Source: Octopus vulgaris (Eukaryota). Taken from it: a DNA stretch of 64,000 nt. Position numbers and translations under genes: made by a program. The stretch lies in contig OX597817.1 of the NCBI GenBank assembly GCA_951406725.2, positions 106,268,001-106,332,000 of the forward strand. The letters are read 5' to 3'. The notes under the pieces were generated by a model, which worked only from the letters and a program-made list of their open reading frames with translations, was not told the DNA's origin and searched no databases. Positions 12,135-23,251 of the stretch are shown piece after piece. Position 1 is the first letter of the stretch. Each line of letters starts with the position of its first letter.

Positions 12135-12886
12135 GTATCCTTTTGTGCTCAGTCACTCATGCTGCAGTCTGCATATTATTTTCAAACATTGACTTTATTT
12201 AATTGCACAACTAATTAGGTTGCACGATACCAAAGCTATTTTTTATCCTTTCATTTACTTCCTCTTACTACTTACATGTCAGTTACAGTGCTATAAGATT
12301 TCCTTACAAACTTAGAGAATAACACTGTGAAAATAATCAAAGACTAAGAGTGGTAGAATAAAACCATCACCCAGTTTAGCATCACTATTTGGTCCTTAGG
12401 TGTCTTTAGCAGAGTCCACTCTATTGCAAGTATTCATGACCAGATCACTCTAAGAATAACTTCCAACCTTCCTCCCATCATTCCTCATCTAAGTACTAAA
12501 AATAAAAAACAAAAAAAAAAAGAGAATACTTATTAGTTAAGATAAGAAACTATCAAGTGTGAAAATCTATTTCTGTAAATTTCAAATACATACTGCTTTA
12601 CAAGAAATGAGTGTTTCATATGTAAAACACTAATTTATGCATGATAAAGATATGTTTTTTTTTAATTTTTTATTTTTTGGTCTTAGTAATGTCTCAGAGA
12701 TATTATTTCTCTGGTTCCATTCACTAGTTTTTTTCTAAGATTGATAATTTTTTTCTTTTAATCATTCCATACTCTACAGAACATTAGTCTGTCCACACTA
12801 TGATTTCTGATTTCTTTGGACAGTTTTCATAGCACACCAGATGAGAAGAGTTTGCTAGTCCTTCACTCAGTCATTCTCCAATTCAA

Positions 12887-13099
12887 CCCTTTAGTATATA
12901 TATACCTGACCCAAATATTTTAACTATTTTATACTCAAACTGGCCAGATCCAGCCTGTCGCACCTACCCTTCTGTCTCATTCTCAAAATAAAAAATCTTG
13001 TCATTGAAATCTCAAAGCTATAAGATAATATTTGATTAATCGAAAACAATGTGAATAAATAAGCTTTGCATCTGACAGAGTAATCTGAAAACTAAAGGC
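12887..13099 (+). mobile_element. piggyBac-like MITE
   Basis: ccctttag...ctaaaggc termini, with a TTAA right flank and a tcaa left flank. Confidence 0.75.
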
Positions 13100-13419
13100 T
13101 TAAGGAAACACAGAACATTAAGAGTCTCTCTCTTTCCTATGACTTTCTCACAATGAAGTGTAGCTGATACTGTGTGTAATGTGTCTGGTAGGAGAGGAGA
13201 GAGAGAGAGGGAGAGAGACAGAGAGAGAGAGAGAGAGAAAAGAATCAACTTGTACTTGAATGGTAACAATCATGGAAGTAAGAAAGACAAGGTTATCTTG
13301 GCTGGATTTTAACTTAGAACGTAGACTAAGAATTACCACAAGGCATTTCTCTCTGATTTAGCAATTCAATCAACTGACCAGCTTTACATTCATAAATACA
13401 TTCACTTGTAGCTTATCTT

Positions 13420-13841
13420 TTCTTTAACTTTTTGCTTGTTTCAGTCACTGGACTGCAGCCATGCTGGAGCACTGCTTTGAAGGGATTTTCGTCAAACAAA
13501 TCAACCCTAGTACTTATTTTTCTTTTTAAACCTGGTATTTATTCCATCAGTCTTTAACTAGTTCCAGTTTGAGAGTTGCGGCTATGTTGGGGCACCACCG
13601 TTAAAATATTTAGCATTTGCCTCTCTCTCTCTCTCTTTTACTTGTTTCGGTCATTTGACTGTGGCCATGCTGGAGCACCGCCTTTAATTGAACAAATCGA
13701 CCCCAGGACTTATTCTTTGTAAGCCTAGTACTTATTCTATTATTATCTTTTGCCAAACCACTAAGTTACGGGGATGTAAACACACCAGCATCGGTTGTCA
13801 AGTGATGTTGGGGGAACAAACACAGACACACAAACACATAC

Positions 13842-13872
<31 letters not shown>

Positions 13873-14010
13873 TACGATGGGCTTTTTTCAGTTTTCATCT
13901 ACCAAATCCATTCACAAGGCTTTTGTAGAAGACACTTGCCCCCAAGACTGAACCCGGAACTATGTGGTTCATAAGCAAGCTACTTACCACACAGCCACTC
14001 CTACGCATGT
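13420..14010 (-). mobile_element. Cluster of major SINE copies (stacked 3' ends plus one near-full copy 13635-14005)
   Basis: Repeated gactg[c/t][a/g]gccatgctggagcac motif; head gtaggagtggctgtgtggtaagtagcttgc on the minus strand. Confidence 0.85.
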
Positions 14011-14184
14011 TAACTTTTTTATGACTCTTTCTACAATTATTACTTGACCTGCTTAGGTAAAGTAGTTTTGATTATCCTCTCTAATTACCTCAGAAAAGAA
14101 ACAGTCATATGAGTTTTGTCTTGCTTAAATTCTGTCTCAAAACATAATGGTAATGGAATTAATGAACTAAATATATTCATCATA

Positions 14185-14520
14185 TATCTTTTACTTGTTT
14201 CAATCATTGGACTGCAGCCATACTGGAGCACCATTTTTAACTGAACAAATTGACTTCATATTTTTTAAAGTCTGGTATTTATTCCATTGGTCTTGTTAAC
14301 TGAAACCACTAACATAAGAATGTAAACAAACCAACATTGGTTGTCAAGTGGAGTGGGACACACACGCGCATGCGTGCATGTGTGATGGGCTTCAATGTAG
14401 TTTCTTTCTACCAAATTCACTCACAGGCATAGGTTGGCTTGGGGTACCAAGCAGTGAGGCTGAACTCAAAATCATGTGGTTGCAAAAGTGAGCTTCTTAG
14501 CCACAACAGTCATGCCTGCA
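14185..14520 (-). mobile_element. Major SINE, diverged copy
   Basis: Same tail and head motifs as the other copies. Confidence 0.75.
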
Positions 14521-14947
14521 TGTTATTTTACACATGTTAAATAATGTATATAGCATGTAGATATGTTTCAGTATATTTAGACTCACATTACAAAAATAAT
14601 ATTAGAGTTATAACAGCAAATATTTCCTGCAAGCCAAGGAATAACAACTGTGACCATTATTAAAGCCAAATGGTTCCTTTATTTTCATCAGGGGAGGACT
14701 GAAACCACTTGATTCACAAATCGAAACATAGAACTGCTTATGAACAAGCAGTGTCTCAAGCATAGATAAGATATCTCATTGTTTTTTGCTTTAGTGAACA
14801 ATAACAACATTGATTACTGGTTTCCAATAGGACAATCATTGATTCACTGCATTCTGGGTAGTTAGAGTAGTAAAGGATTGTCACTAGAGAACCGCAAGGG
14901 ATTTTATCCAAAAGGCCCTTGTTTTTCAGTTTCTTGCTGTTGTTTAA

Positions 14948-15568
14948 CCCTTTAACATTTAAACTGGCCATATTCGGTCCAAATGTGGAGGCGCAATGGC
15001 CCAGTGGTTAGGGCAGCGGACTCGCGGTCATAGGATCGCGGTTTCGATTCCCAGACCGAGCGTTCTGAGTGTTTATTGAGCGAAAACACCTAAAGCTCCA
15101 CGAGGCTCCGGCAGGGGATGGTGGTGATCCCTGCTGTACTCTTTCACCACAACTTTCTCTCATTCTTACTTCCTGTTTCTGTTGTACCTGTATTTCAAAG
15201 AGCCGGCCTTGTCACTCTCTGTGTCATGCTGAATATCCCCGAGAACTACGTTAAGGGTACACATGTCTGTGGAGTGCTCAGCCACTTACACGTTAATTTC
15301 ACAAGCAGCCTGTTCCGTTGATTCGGATCAACCGGAACCCTCATCGTCGTAACCGACGGAGTGCTTCCTTTCCTATTTGGTCCAAATATACTGCCTGTTT
15401 TATGTTCAAAGCAGAAGACTTAGCTTCTCACACCTACCTTACAATGTCATGTTTAAATAAACAATTAAATCATCAAAATCTCAAAGTTCCAAGATAATGC
15501 ATGATTAATTTAAAGGAATGTGAATAAAATCACATTACATTTGAGAGACTAATCTGTATACTAAAGGG
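14948..15568 (+). mobile_element. piggyBac-like MITE (TTAA TSD) interrupted by a young SINE
   Basis: ttaa|ccctttaac ... ctaaaggg|ttaa. Confidence 0.85.
14985..15373 (+). mobile_element. Young CpG-rich tRNA-derived SINE with 14-bp TSD
   Basis: A-box tggcccagtggttagg and B-box ggtttcgattccc; TSD tattcggtccaaat (14971-14984) / tatttggtccaaat (15374-15387). Confidence 0.9.
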
Positions 15569-16272
15569 TTAAATCCTCTGACAATATACATCAGCAAAAG
15601 ACACACACACACAAGTAATATATATCATCATCGCTTAACATCTCTTTTTCTATGTTGGCATGGGTTGGATGATTTAACAGGAACTGACAAGCCAGTGGGC
15701 TGAACCAAGCTCCAATGCATACTTTGGTATGATTTCTAAAACTGAATGTCCTTCCTAATGCCACAGCACTGGTAATGTCATCAAATACTCACAAGACCTC
15801 CCTCCCACCACTCAACAGAGGATGGGAGAGGTGGGTATAGTATTGAAGGATGTGAAGATATGATAGAAAGCCGGGAACAGGCTTCCCGCAACTGGAAAGA
15901 AAGAGATGTTAAGTGTGTAGCCTCAAGGAACAAGGTGACCAAGGTAAGCATGAGAGAGAGAGAGAGAGAGAGAATAGTAACAGAAAGAGAAGGTTAGCAA
16001 GTAAGCTTGTCAGAGTGTGACAGATGATTAGAAATGGAGAGTGAAATGGATACAGAGAATATCATTTGGTATGGAGAGAAGGAAATAGGAGTGTGTCAGG
16101 AAGGATGAGGAGGTGATAAGAGTATAGTAATAGAGATAAAATATGAAGTGCAGGTGGATAAATGGTGTTAATTACAGCACCTGAGGGACTAGTACAATAG
16201 TTAGAAGATTGATGAAAGGATGGGCGTTAAAAGATGAATTGTTGGGGAAGGCTTGACAGAACCTCATTTTTG

Positions 16273-16304
<32 letters not shown>

Positions 16305-16307
<3 letters not shown>

Positions 16308-16730
16308 TCATCATCATCATCATTTAACGTCTTTTTTTATGCTGGCATGGGTTGGACGTTTTCACAGAAGCTGACTAGCTGAAGAGCTGTTTCAGGCTCC
16401 ATGTCTGTTTTTGCATGGTTTCTACATCTGGATGCCCTTCTTAATGCCAACCACTTTGTAGAGTGTACAGGATTGCTTTTATGCAGCACCGGTATGGGTA
16501 CTTTTTATATGGCACCAGCACTTATGAGCCCACAAGATTAGGGATGCTCAGCTGGAGAGAGTTGCAAGGGATGAGCCTGTATACAAGGGCAACCATGCTT
16601 TTACTTTGCTTGATGTGTCTTTTCAAGCACAGCAAACTGTTGAGAATCTCAGTCCCCTTTCATCCCCTCTGTGAGTCCCACATTTGTAGATCCTTTCTCA
16701 CCACTTTGTCCCAAATCTTCTTCCTAGTAA
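16305..16730 (-). mobile_element. RTE LINE 3' end
   Basis: (cat)n tail plus reverse complement of the RTE C-terminal segment seen at 6260-6380. Confidence 0.75.
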
Positions 16731-16939
16731 AAATCTGGTAACTTATGTATAAGAGTTCTTATGTCATTATTTGACTGAGCAGCATTCAACTGTATAATAA
16801 TTATAAAGAGCGTTCTTCTATAATGATCTTTGAATGTAAACTCAGCAATTTAAAGCTGGTATGTGGGGCAGAAAAAAATGTGATCTACTTTTAGAGCCTG
16901 TTATTTTTGACCCTCATGTTATATTATCCTTAGTCGCCA

Positions 16940-17130
16940 TGATTGACCTCTAGATCCACAAGTTTTTTTAATTCTTTTTCTGTTTATTTCCTTGTATTCC
17001 TTTCTGTTGAAGAGCGTAGGCTCGAAACATAAAAGACTTTCTCATCTTCCCGAGTGTTAAACTAATACACCTGTTTGTTGTTTATACACCTGTCTTCGTC
17101 TTTTGATTTTCTGTAAATTTCAACTATATA
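16940..17130 (+). mobile_element. Penelope-like terminal-repeat fragment carrying a hammerhead-like motif
   Basis: cttt-ctgttga-a-gagc(gtag)gctc-gaaa-cata-aaag at 17000-17035; ends in a TA microsatellite. Confidence 0.55.
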
Positions 17131-17139
17131 TACATATAT

Positions 17140-17310
17140 AAAAAGCGCCCACTACACTCTTGGAGTGGTTGATGTTAGGAAGGGCATCCAGCTGTAGAAA
17201 CTTGCCTGATCAAGATTGGAGCCTGGTGCAGCCATCTGGTTCGCCAGCCCTCAGTCAAAATTGTTCAACCCATGCTAGCATGGAAAGCAGACGTTAAATG
17301 ATGATGATGA
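17140..17310 (+). mobile_element. RTE tail / short SINE copy
   Basis: aaaagcgcccactacactct...aggaagggcatccagctgtagaaac...gacgttaaatgatgatgat. Confidence 0.8.
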
Positions 17311-18379
17311 TATATATATATATAATGGGATTCCATACTATTTTCATTTACTAAATAGCTTTCACAAGGTATTGGTTAATGTGACACCATGGTAGAAGTC
17401 CTTTTTCCCAATTTACCATGCAGTAAGATGTAAGATCAAATCTGGAACCACATATTTGCAAAGCAAACTTTCTAAACACTTAAACATGCTTGCACTCAAT
17501 TTCAAACTAATTGCATAGACATCTGTGTATTTTGTGCAATAAATTCAATATTATTATTCTGCATCAGAACTAAATAAGTTTTGGGAATATTGATATAAGC
17601 ATTAAAAACAGTTGTCTGTTGCATTTGTGCTATCTCACAAAGTTTATGCTCAACCTTTTGATCTTTATTTTAACGCTTTATGTTCATTTTCTATAAAGAC
17701 AGAGACAATCAGTGTTTTATTGTATGTCTAGAGTTGGTTTGGCTCAGACAGGTCTGCAACGGATCATCTCTCTATTCATCTTCAAGTGTTACTCTCTCAT
17801 CTATGAGGCACAATGTTCTCATGTCTGACCTAAGACAAACTTGCTGGCAAATCAAAGCTATTGAGCAAATGTTTTCTTTCACCATATGACTTTTCAATAT
17901 GTATTGTACTAAAATTAATGAAATTATTAAAGCCTAAAATAGGGATTGGATGGAATGTTTACAACACCAGCTCCATTTTAACTCTTGGCACTCTTCTGAA
18001 CTGCCAAGTTTGGCACACAGCCTGACTGACTTTCTTTGACTGTTTCTCAACACCTGACCATCAAATTATCATAGATTCCTTAATATCGCATGAACATATT
18101 TTCATTTCTACTGTTCGTTTGCATATCTGTATCTTCTTTTGGAATTTAGCCAAATCTATTTAAAATATGCATGCGTCGGTGGCAGTAGTAGATTGTTAAC
18201 ATTACAACTGGCAATTGTGGCTGCAAGACTAATTATTCCCTTTGGCAACATGTCTTTCTTTCCAGTTTCACTCTTAACACACTTTGTTCTACTACTTGGC
18301 TCATTCTTTTTAATTTGCTCTCAATCTCCCCCTATCTCTTCATTTCATTCTTTTTACCCCCTCTCTCTCCCTCTCTTTC

Positions 18380-18478
18380 TGTATGTGTGTGTATGTGTGT
18401 GTGTGTATGTGTGTGTGTATGTATGTATGTGTGTATGTATGTATGTGTGTATATACACACACATATATATACATGCTT

Positions 18479-18510
<32 letters not shown>

Positions 18511-18514
18511 TGTA

Positions 18515-18549
<35 letters not shown>

Positions 18550-18582
18550 ATGTATGTATGTATGTATGTATGTATGTATGTA
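18380..18582. repeat. Compound (TG)n/(TATG)n microsatellite
   Basis: Directly visible; it generates the spurious VCMY ORFs. Confidence 0.95.
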
Positions 18583-19180
18583 TTGTTTGTGCTCTCGTTT
18601 ATTTGCTCCTTTGCTTTGTCTTATCAGTCAGTTTACACAGAGTTAAAAGAGATATTTTGGAAATATATTACTTATTTATATTGCTTTTATGTGATATCCC
18701 TATAGGAAGCAATTTGTTGGTGTGATGGATTGATACTAATACAGACTGTTAATGGATTAATAGTAGTATAGAACTAATATAAAATAATGCTGATTAGTCT
18801 GTGTAAGCAGTAAAGTATCACCACCACCAGACAGTCTGCTTCAAAGTCTGGCAAGGTAAGATGTAGGAGAAAACTAAATGCCTGGAGAGTGGCACATGTC
18901 ATTAATGTATTAATGGTAGAAGACATCAAGGAAGCTGTGTTAAGAAAAACAGGAAGCATTTTTCATTTATTAAAAAGACAGTAGAGCACTGTGATATATG
19001 ATAAGTTATTGTTGTCATAAAATGCTATAGACTTTTTTTAAAAATAACTATCACTTGGAACCAATCCAGGATGTTTGGTGTGTGGAGAGAACTCTAAACA
19101 GTGATGTGTTAGCAGTACTCTCCAAAATCTATTCACAGTAGTCAGAAAGTTTGTTGAAAATAACCTTAGTTATGTTAGCT

Positions 19181-19441
19181 CAGAGGTTTTCAACCAGGGT
19201 CCACATGACCTTTGGGGTTCCATATAAGATGTTGCTGTTAAAATTTATCTGCATTAAATTGGTTACACTTCAACAATACACAAAATATTTTAATATTTTT
19301 TTTTGTACAATTCCTAACAATATCTAATTATAAATATATAACAGGATTTTTTAAAATGTCAAATGGTTCTGAGGGTCCATTCAAGTATAACAGGAGTATC
19401 AAAGGGGTCCATAGGAAAAAAAACATAATTGAGAATCACTG
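19181..19441. mobile_element. hAT-Charlie-like MITE
   Basis: cagaggttttcaac / attgagaatcactg TIRs; 8-bp TSD tgttagct / ctttagct. Confidence 0.8.
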
Positions 19442-19566
19442 CTTTAGCTGAGAGTGTTTATGAGAAATAGAGTTCACAGGTTTCAGTGGTGAAAACATAG
19501 CATAAAGGCTGTGCTTTGGTTTGCAGTTCTGATAAAGCAATGAGTAACCATTCTTTCAAATCACTA

Positions 19567-19599
<33 letters not shown>

Positions 19600-19769
19600 T
19601 TTACATCCATGTTAGCAAGTGTTGGACAAGTTTTCAGAGGTAGTATTTTATAGCTGGATACCTTTCCTGTTTTCAACCAGTTAGTTACTTTTTACAACAC
19701 AGTGCACTTGTTATAAAACTGAGATATACACAAGGGATTTTTAAAAATCTTTATATGAATCATCTACAG

Positions 19770-21760
19770 TAAGGTCATATTTAAGGCCATATAAATAACA
19801 CAGTTGCACAGGACCACAAGACTTTAGCTCCTCAACTCAAAATATGTCTTTAAAAAATACCTTTTATTTATTATTCTTTGAAAAAGTAACCTTTTCTCTT
19901 GGCTACCATTTACTTATAAAGCTTATAATAATCAATGAATTAGATATTTAGATATTAATTGTTGGCATTGTACACAATTCTAAACAATAACTAACCATAA
20001 ATCACATTTAGAGTTTATTGATCTCCTAATTCCTTTATTCTGTAAGCTAGTTATTTTACTGGAGTTTATCAAAATTCTGCCCGTTCAATATTTTTCAATG
20101 AACGCATAATAATGGATTTTCACTGTAGTTTATTTTTCAAATAACAGGAATGCTAAAAGGTTGGTATCATTGGATTGCTTCTTTTTTTCTTTACATTTTT
20201 TTTGTTTTGTTTCTAGACAAACCATGGAATGGTCTCATCTAATTGAGCAGGAAAAAAGAAAGTGGGATAGAGAAGCTTATCATATGATGATTGATCTGGC
20301 TAAAACAACAGATAACACAATTCTTGAAGAATAGATGTTGTATCTACTGAAACTGGAGAGCAGGCAATACAAAGCTGTTCATTGAGAGCAACTACACCTA
20401 CAGACAATATAGTAGTTCAACCATATGTAATTGAGAAACTGCAGTAGCTACATCTGAAACAGAACATGCTTCTGTTGATTGCAAATTGAGTAAAGACATT
20501 GGAGAGAAGTCTTTCCCAATTACTTCTGTTGAATAAGAAAGAGAAATACAATACACAATGGCTTGGACTCAATGAAACAAAAAGGATTAAGATATTCAAT
20601 GAATACTGGTAGATGATGTACAATGGAAATGTTTTTTTAGAATGTTAGCTAATGGTGAAACTACTGAAAGGAAGTGATTATGCTATTCAAAAAATACAGG
20701 AAGAATTTGTTGTTTTGAATGTAAATTGCTTTAATACATCTTCAATCACTCTGGCATGTCATGGTTTAATGATTAGATCCACTGCTAGCAAAAGGTTATG
20801 TGAACATGGAAAATCAAAAGGCCATACGAGTGCTGACAGTAATTTTGCTTGGCGAACTGATATTCATGGATATGTTGATTTACAATACAAAAAAGAAATT
20901 AAAGAACTTATTCTTTCACTTGTTTCAGTCATTTGACTGTGGCCATGCTGGAGCACCACCTTGAAAGATATTTTTTAGTCAAACAAATCAACCCCAGGAC
21001 TTATTCTTTATAAGCCTAGTACTTATTCTATTGGTCTCTTTTGCTGAGTTACTAAGTTACAGGGATATAAACACACCAACATCGGTTGTCAAGAGATGGT
21101 GGGGAGACAAATACAGATACAAAGACACACACATAAATATATACATACACACACACACACACATATATATATAAATATATATGTGATGAGCATCTTTCAT
21201 CTTTCAGTTTCTGTCTACCAAATCCACTCACAAGGCTTTGGTCAACCTGAGGTTATAATAGAAGATGCTTGCCCAAGGTACCATGCAGTAGGACTGAGCC
21301 CACAACCATGTGGTTGAGAAGCAAGCTCCTAACCAAAAAGTCTGGGAAATGTGTTTTATAGACTTTGTTTGCATGATAAAGATATTGTCAGGACATTATT
21401 TGGTTTTCAGAGCTGACAGCTACAACTTTGGTTCATCTCAGAATAGCAACTACCTCAAACTCTTAGAACTCATTACTGAATATGATATATTCCTAACACA
21501 GGACACAAAATTACATGTTAAAAAAGAATACAGACACACTAATTATTTATCTTCCACCAGGTGCAAGCATGGCTACGTGCTAAGAAGCTTGCCTTCCAAC
21601 CATATGGTTCTGGGTTCAGTCCCACTGCATGGCACCCTTTGGACAAGTGTCTTCTTCTATAGCCTTGGACTGACCAAAGTCTTGAGAGTGGATTTGGTAA
21701 ACGGAAAATTTAAAGAAATCCAGTGTGTGTGTGCACACGATGATGAATGAACTTATAAAC
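19770..21760 (+). mobile_element. Decayed hAT (Tip100/ZMYM1-like) transposon 5' portion, interrupted by SINEs
   Basis: MLANGETTERK*LCYSKNTGRICCFECKL...HGKSKGH is a TTF-type zinc finger (20642-20830). IKILSGHYLVFRADSYNFGSSQNSNYLKLLELITEYD...HTNYLSST (21375-21560) matches the hAT LAFRG..GNYLGLLEL..NYLS block. Confidence 0.8.
20910..21330 (-). mobile_element. Major SINE inserted in hAT remnant
   Basis: Full tail-to-head motifs. Confidence 0.85.
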
Positions 21761-21929
21761 AAGGGCAAAAGAAAAAAATTCTAATACCATTCTAATAAAT
21801 TTAACCTTTAAAGGTATTTTTTAATATGCTGGCCATTGAAAGAATTTTTTTCGGAAAATTTTATCCTATATTAGATATATATATATATATACACATACAT
21901 ATAGACATATGTGTGTGTGCGTGTATTTA

Positions 21930-21981
<52 letters not shown>

Positions 21982-22278
21982 CATACATACATACATACAT
22001 ACATACATACATACATACACACACACACATATACATACATATCTATGTCTGTGTGTCTTTGTGTTGTTGTTTATCCCACCACCACCATTTGATAACTGAT
22101 GCTGGTGTGTTTATATCCCCACAGCTTAGCAGTTCAGCAAAAGAGACTGATAGAATAAGTACCAGGATTTAAAAAATAAGTACTGAGGTCAGTTCATTTG
22201 ACTAAAAATTCCCCAAGGCAGTACCCCAGCATGACAGCAGTCAAATGACTGAAACAAGTAAAAGATAAAAGAAAAGAT
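21558..22278 (+). mobile_element. Major SINE head (21558-21735) and 3' half (22045-22278) separated by other sequence and TA/CATA microsatellite
   Basis: gggttcagtcccactgc B-box; cagtcaaatgactgaaacaagtaaaaga tail. Confidence 0.75.
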
Positions 22279-22746
22279 ATGTGAAAAAACATAAATCATT
22301 ATAGGTCAAGTTTTGAATAAATTAGTTATTCATGCATAAATAACGAAGTGTTTTACTTCAACTTGATTTTGCTGAAGATTACAGTTGTACTCATCAACTT
22401 ACTGTTGTATTGAAGTTTTTCGAGAGAACAGAACCAACTGAATGGTTCTTTCTTAATTCTCCTGGACACATAAGAATTAAAATGGCTAATGTATTTATTT
22501 CATACTTGTAGTAACAGTGGAAATTCCACAATAATTTTGAAAACTGTTGGAAGTTTATGAGATAGTATGTTGTTTGAAACATTTGGTTCTTTTTAAATGG
22601 TGTAAAACTTCACACAGGAAGTATTGAGTGGGCAGTCTTAGGAAACAATGCCTCTGAAAGCTATATTTTCTGTTATACAATAGTTACCTATTCTTTTTTC
22701 CCTTCACATAAAGAAGGAAACAATGAAAAGCATAATCTAGCAATAA

Positions 22747-23251
22747 TATTACATGGAGAAATGCGAGCATGAAAAGTAATATTCTTAAGATTATAAACCT
22801 GGAAAAATACAGGCCAAGTTATTACATCTGGAAAAGTATAGGACAAGCTATTACTTCAAGTAAAGTAAAGAATAAGAAACTTTTTACTTAAAATATTGCA
22901 GCAAAGAATGCCAGTTCTTCTAATTTATCACTATTTACAGTTCTCATCTTTTAAATTTATTGTACAAAACTGATCAGCTAATTTGTAAGTTTGTCTAATT
23001 AGTCACTTTTTTCTGTATTTAAGGTAGTAAATTAGCCAAATTCTACTTAAATAAGTAGAGTGTTATTTGTAAACTATAATTCAAATTTTAATTTTAGCTG
23101 CAATATTTTAAGTAAAAAGTTTCTTATTCTTTACTTTACTAGAAGTAATAGCTTGTCCTATAATTTTCCAGGTATAATAACTTGCCTTGTACTTTTCCAG
23201 GTTTATAATCTTACAAATATTATTTTTCATGCTCGTATTTTTCCATGTAAT
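22747..23251. mobile_element. Foldback element, ~160-bp inverted arms
   Basis: attacatggagaaatgcgagcatgaaaa...aaaatattgcagc (22747-22902) is the reverse complement of gctgcaatatttt...tcatgctcgtatttttccatgtaat (23097-23251); arms contain ~28-bp ctggaaaa subrepeats. Confidence 0.85.

Noticed and set aside
14985-15060. tRNA gene
   Set aside because: A and B boxes are present, but the acceptor stem does not close and the sequence continues as a TSD-flanked SINE body.
18139-18725. Long overlapping ORFs (188, 136 and 87 aa)
   Set aside because: They are open only because of TG/TATG microsatellites. The same applies to ORFs at 21826-22172, 28851-29409, 35933-36253 and 39202-39768.
18706-18862. Possible exon between ccctatag and AAG|GTAAGA
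   Set aside because: Stops occur in all three frames and there is no other support; a non-coding exon cannot be excluded.
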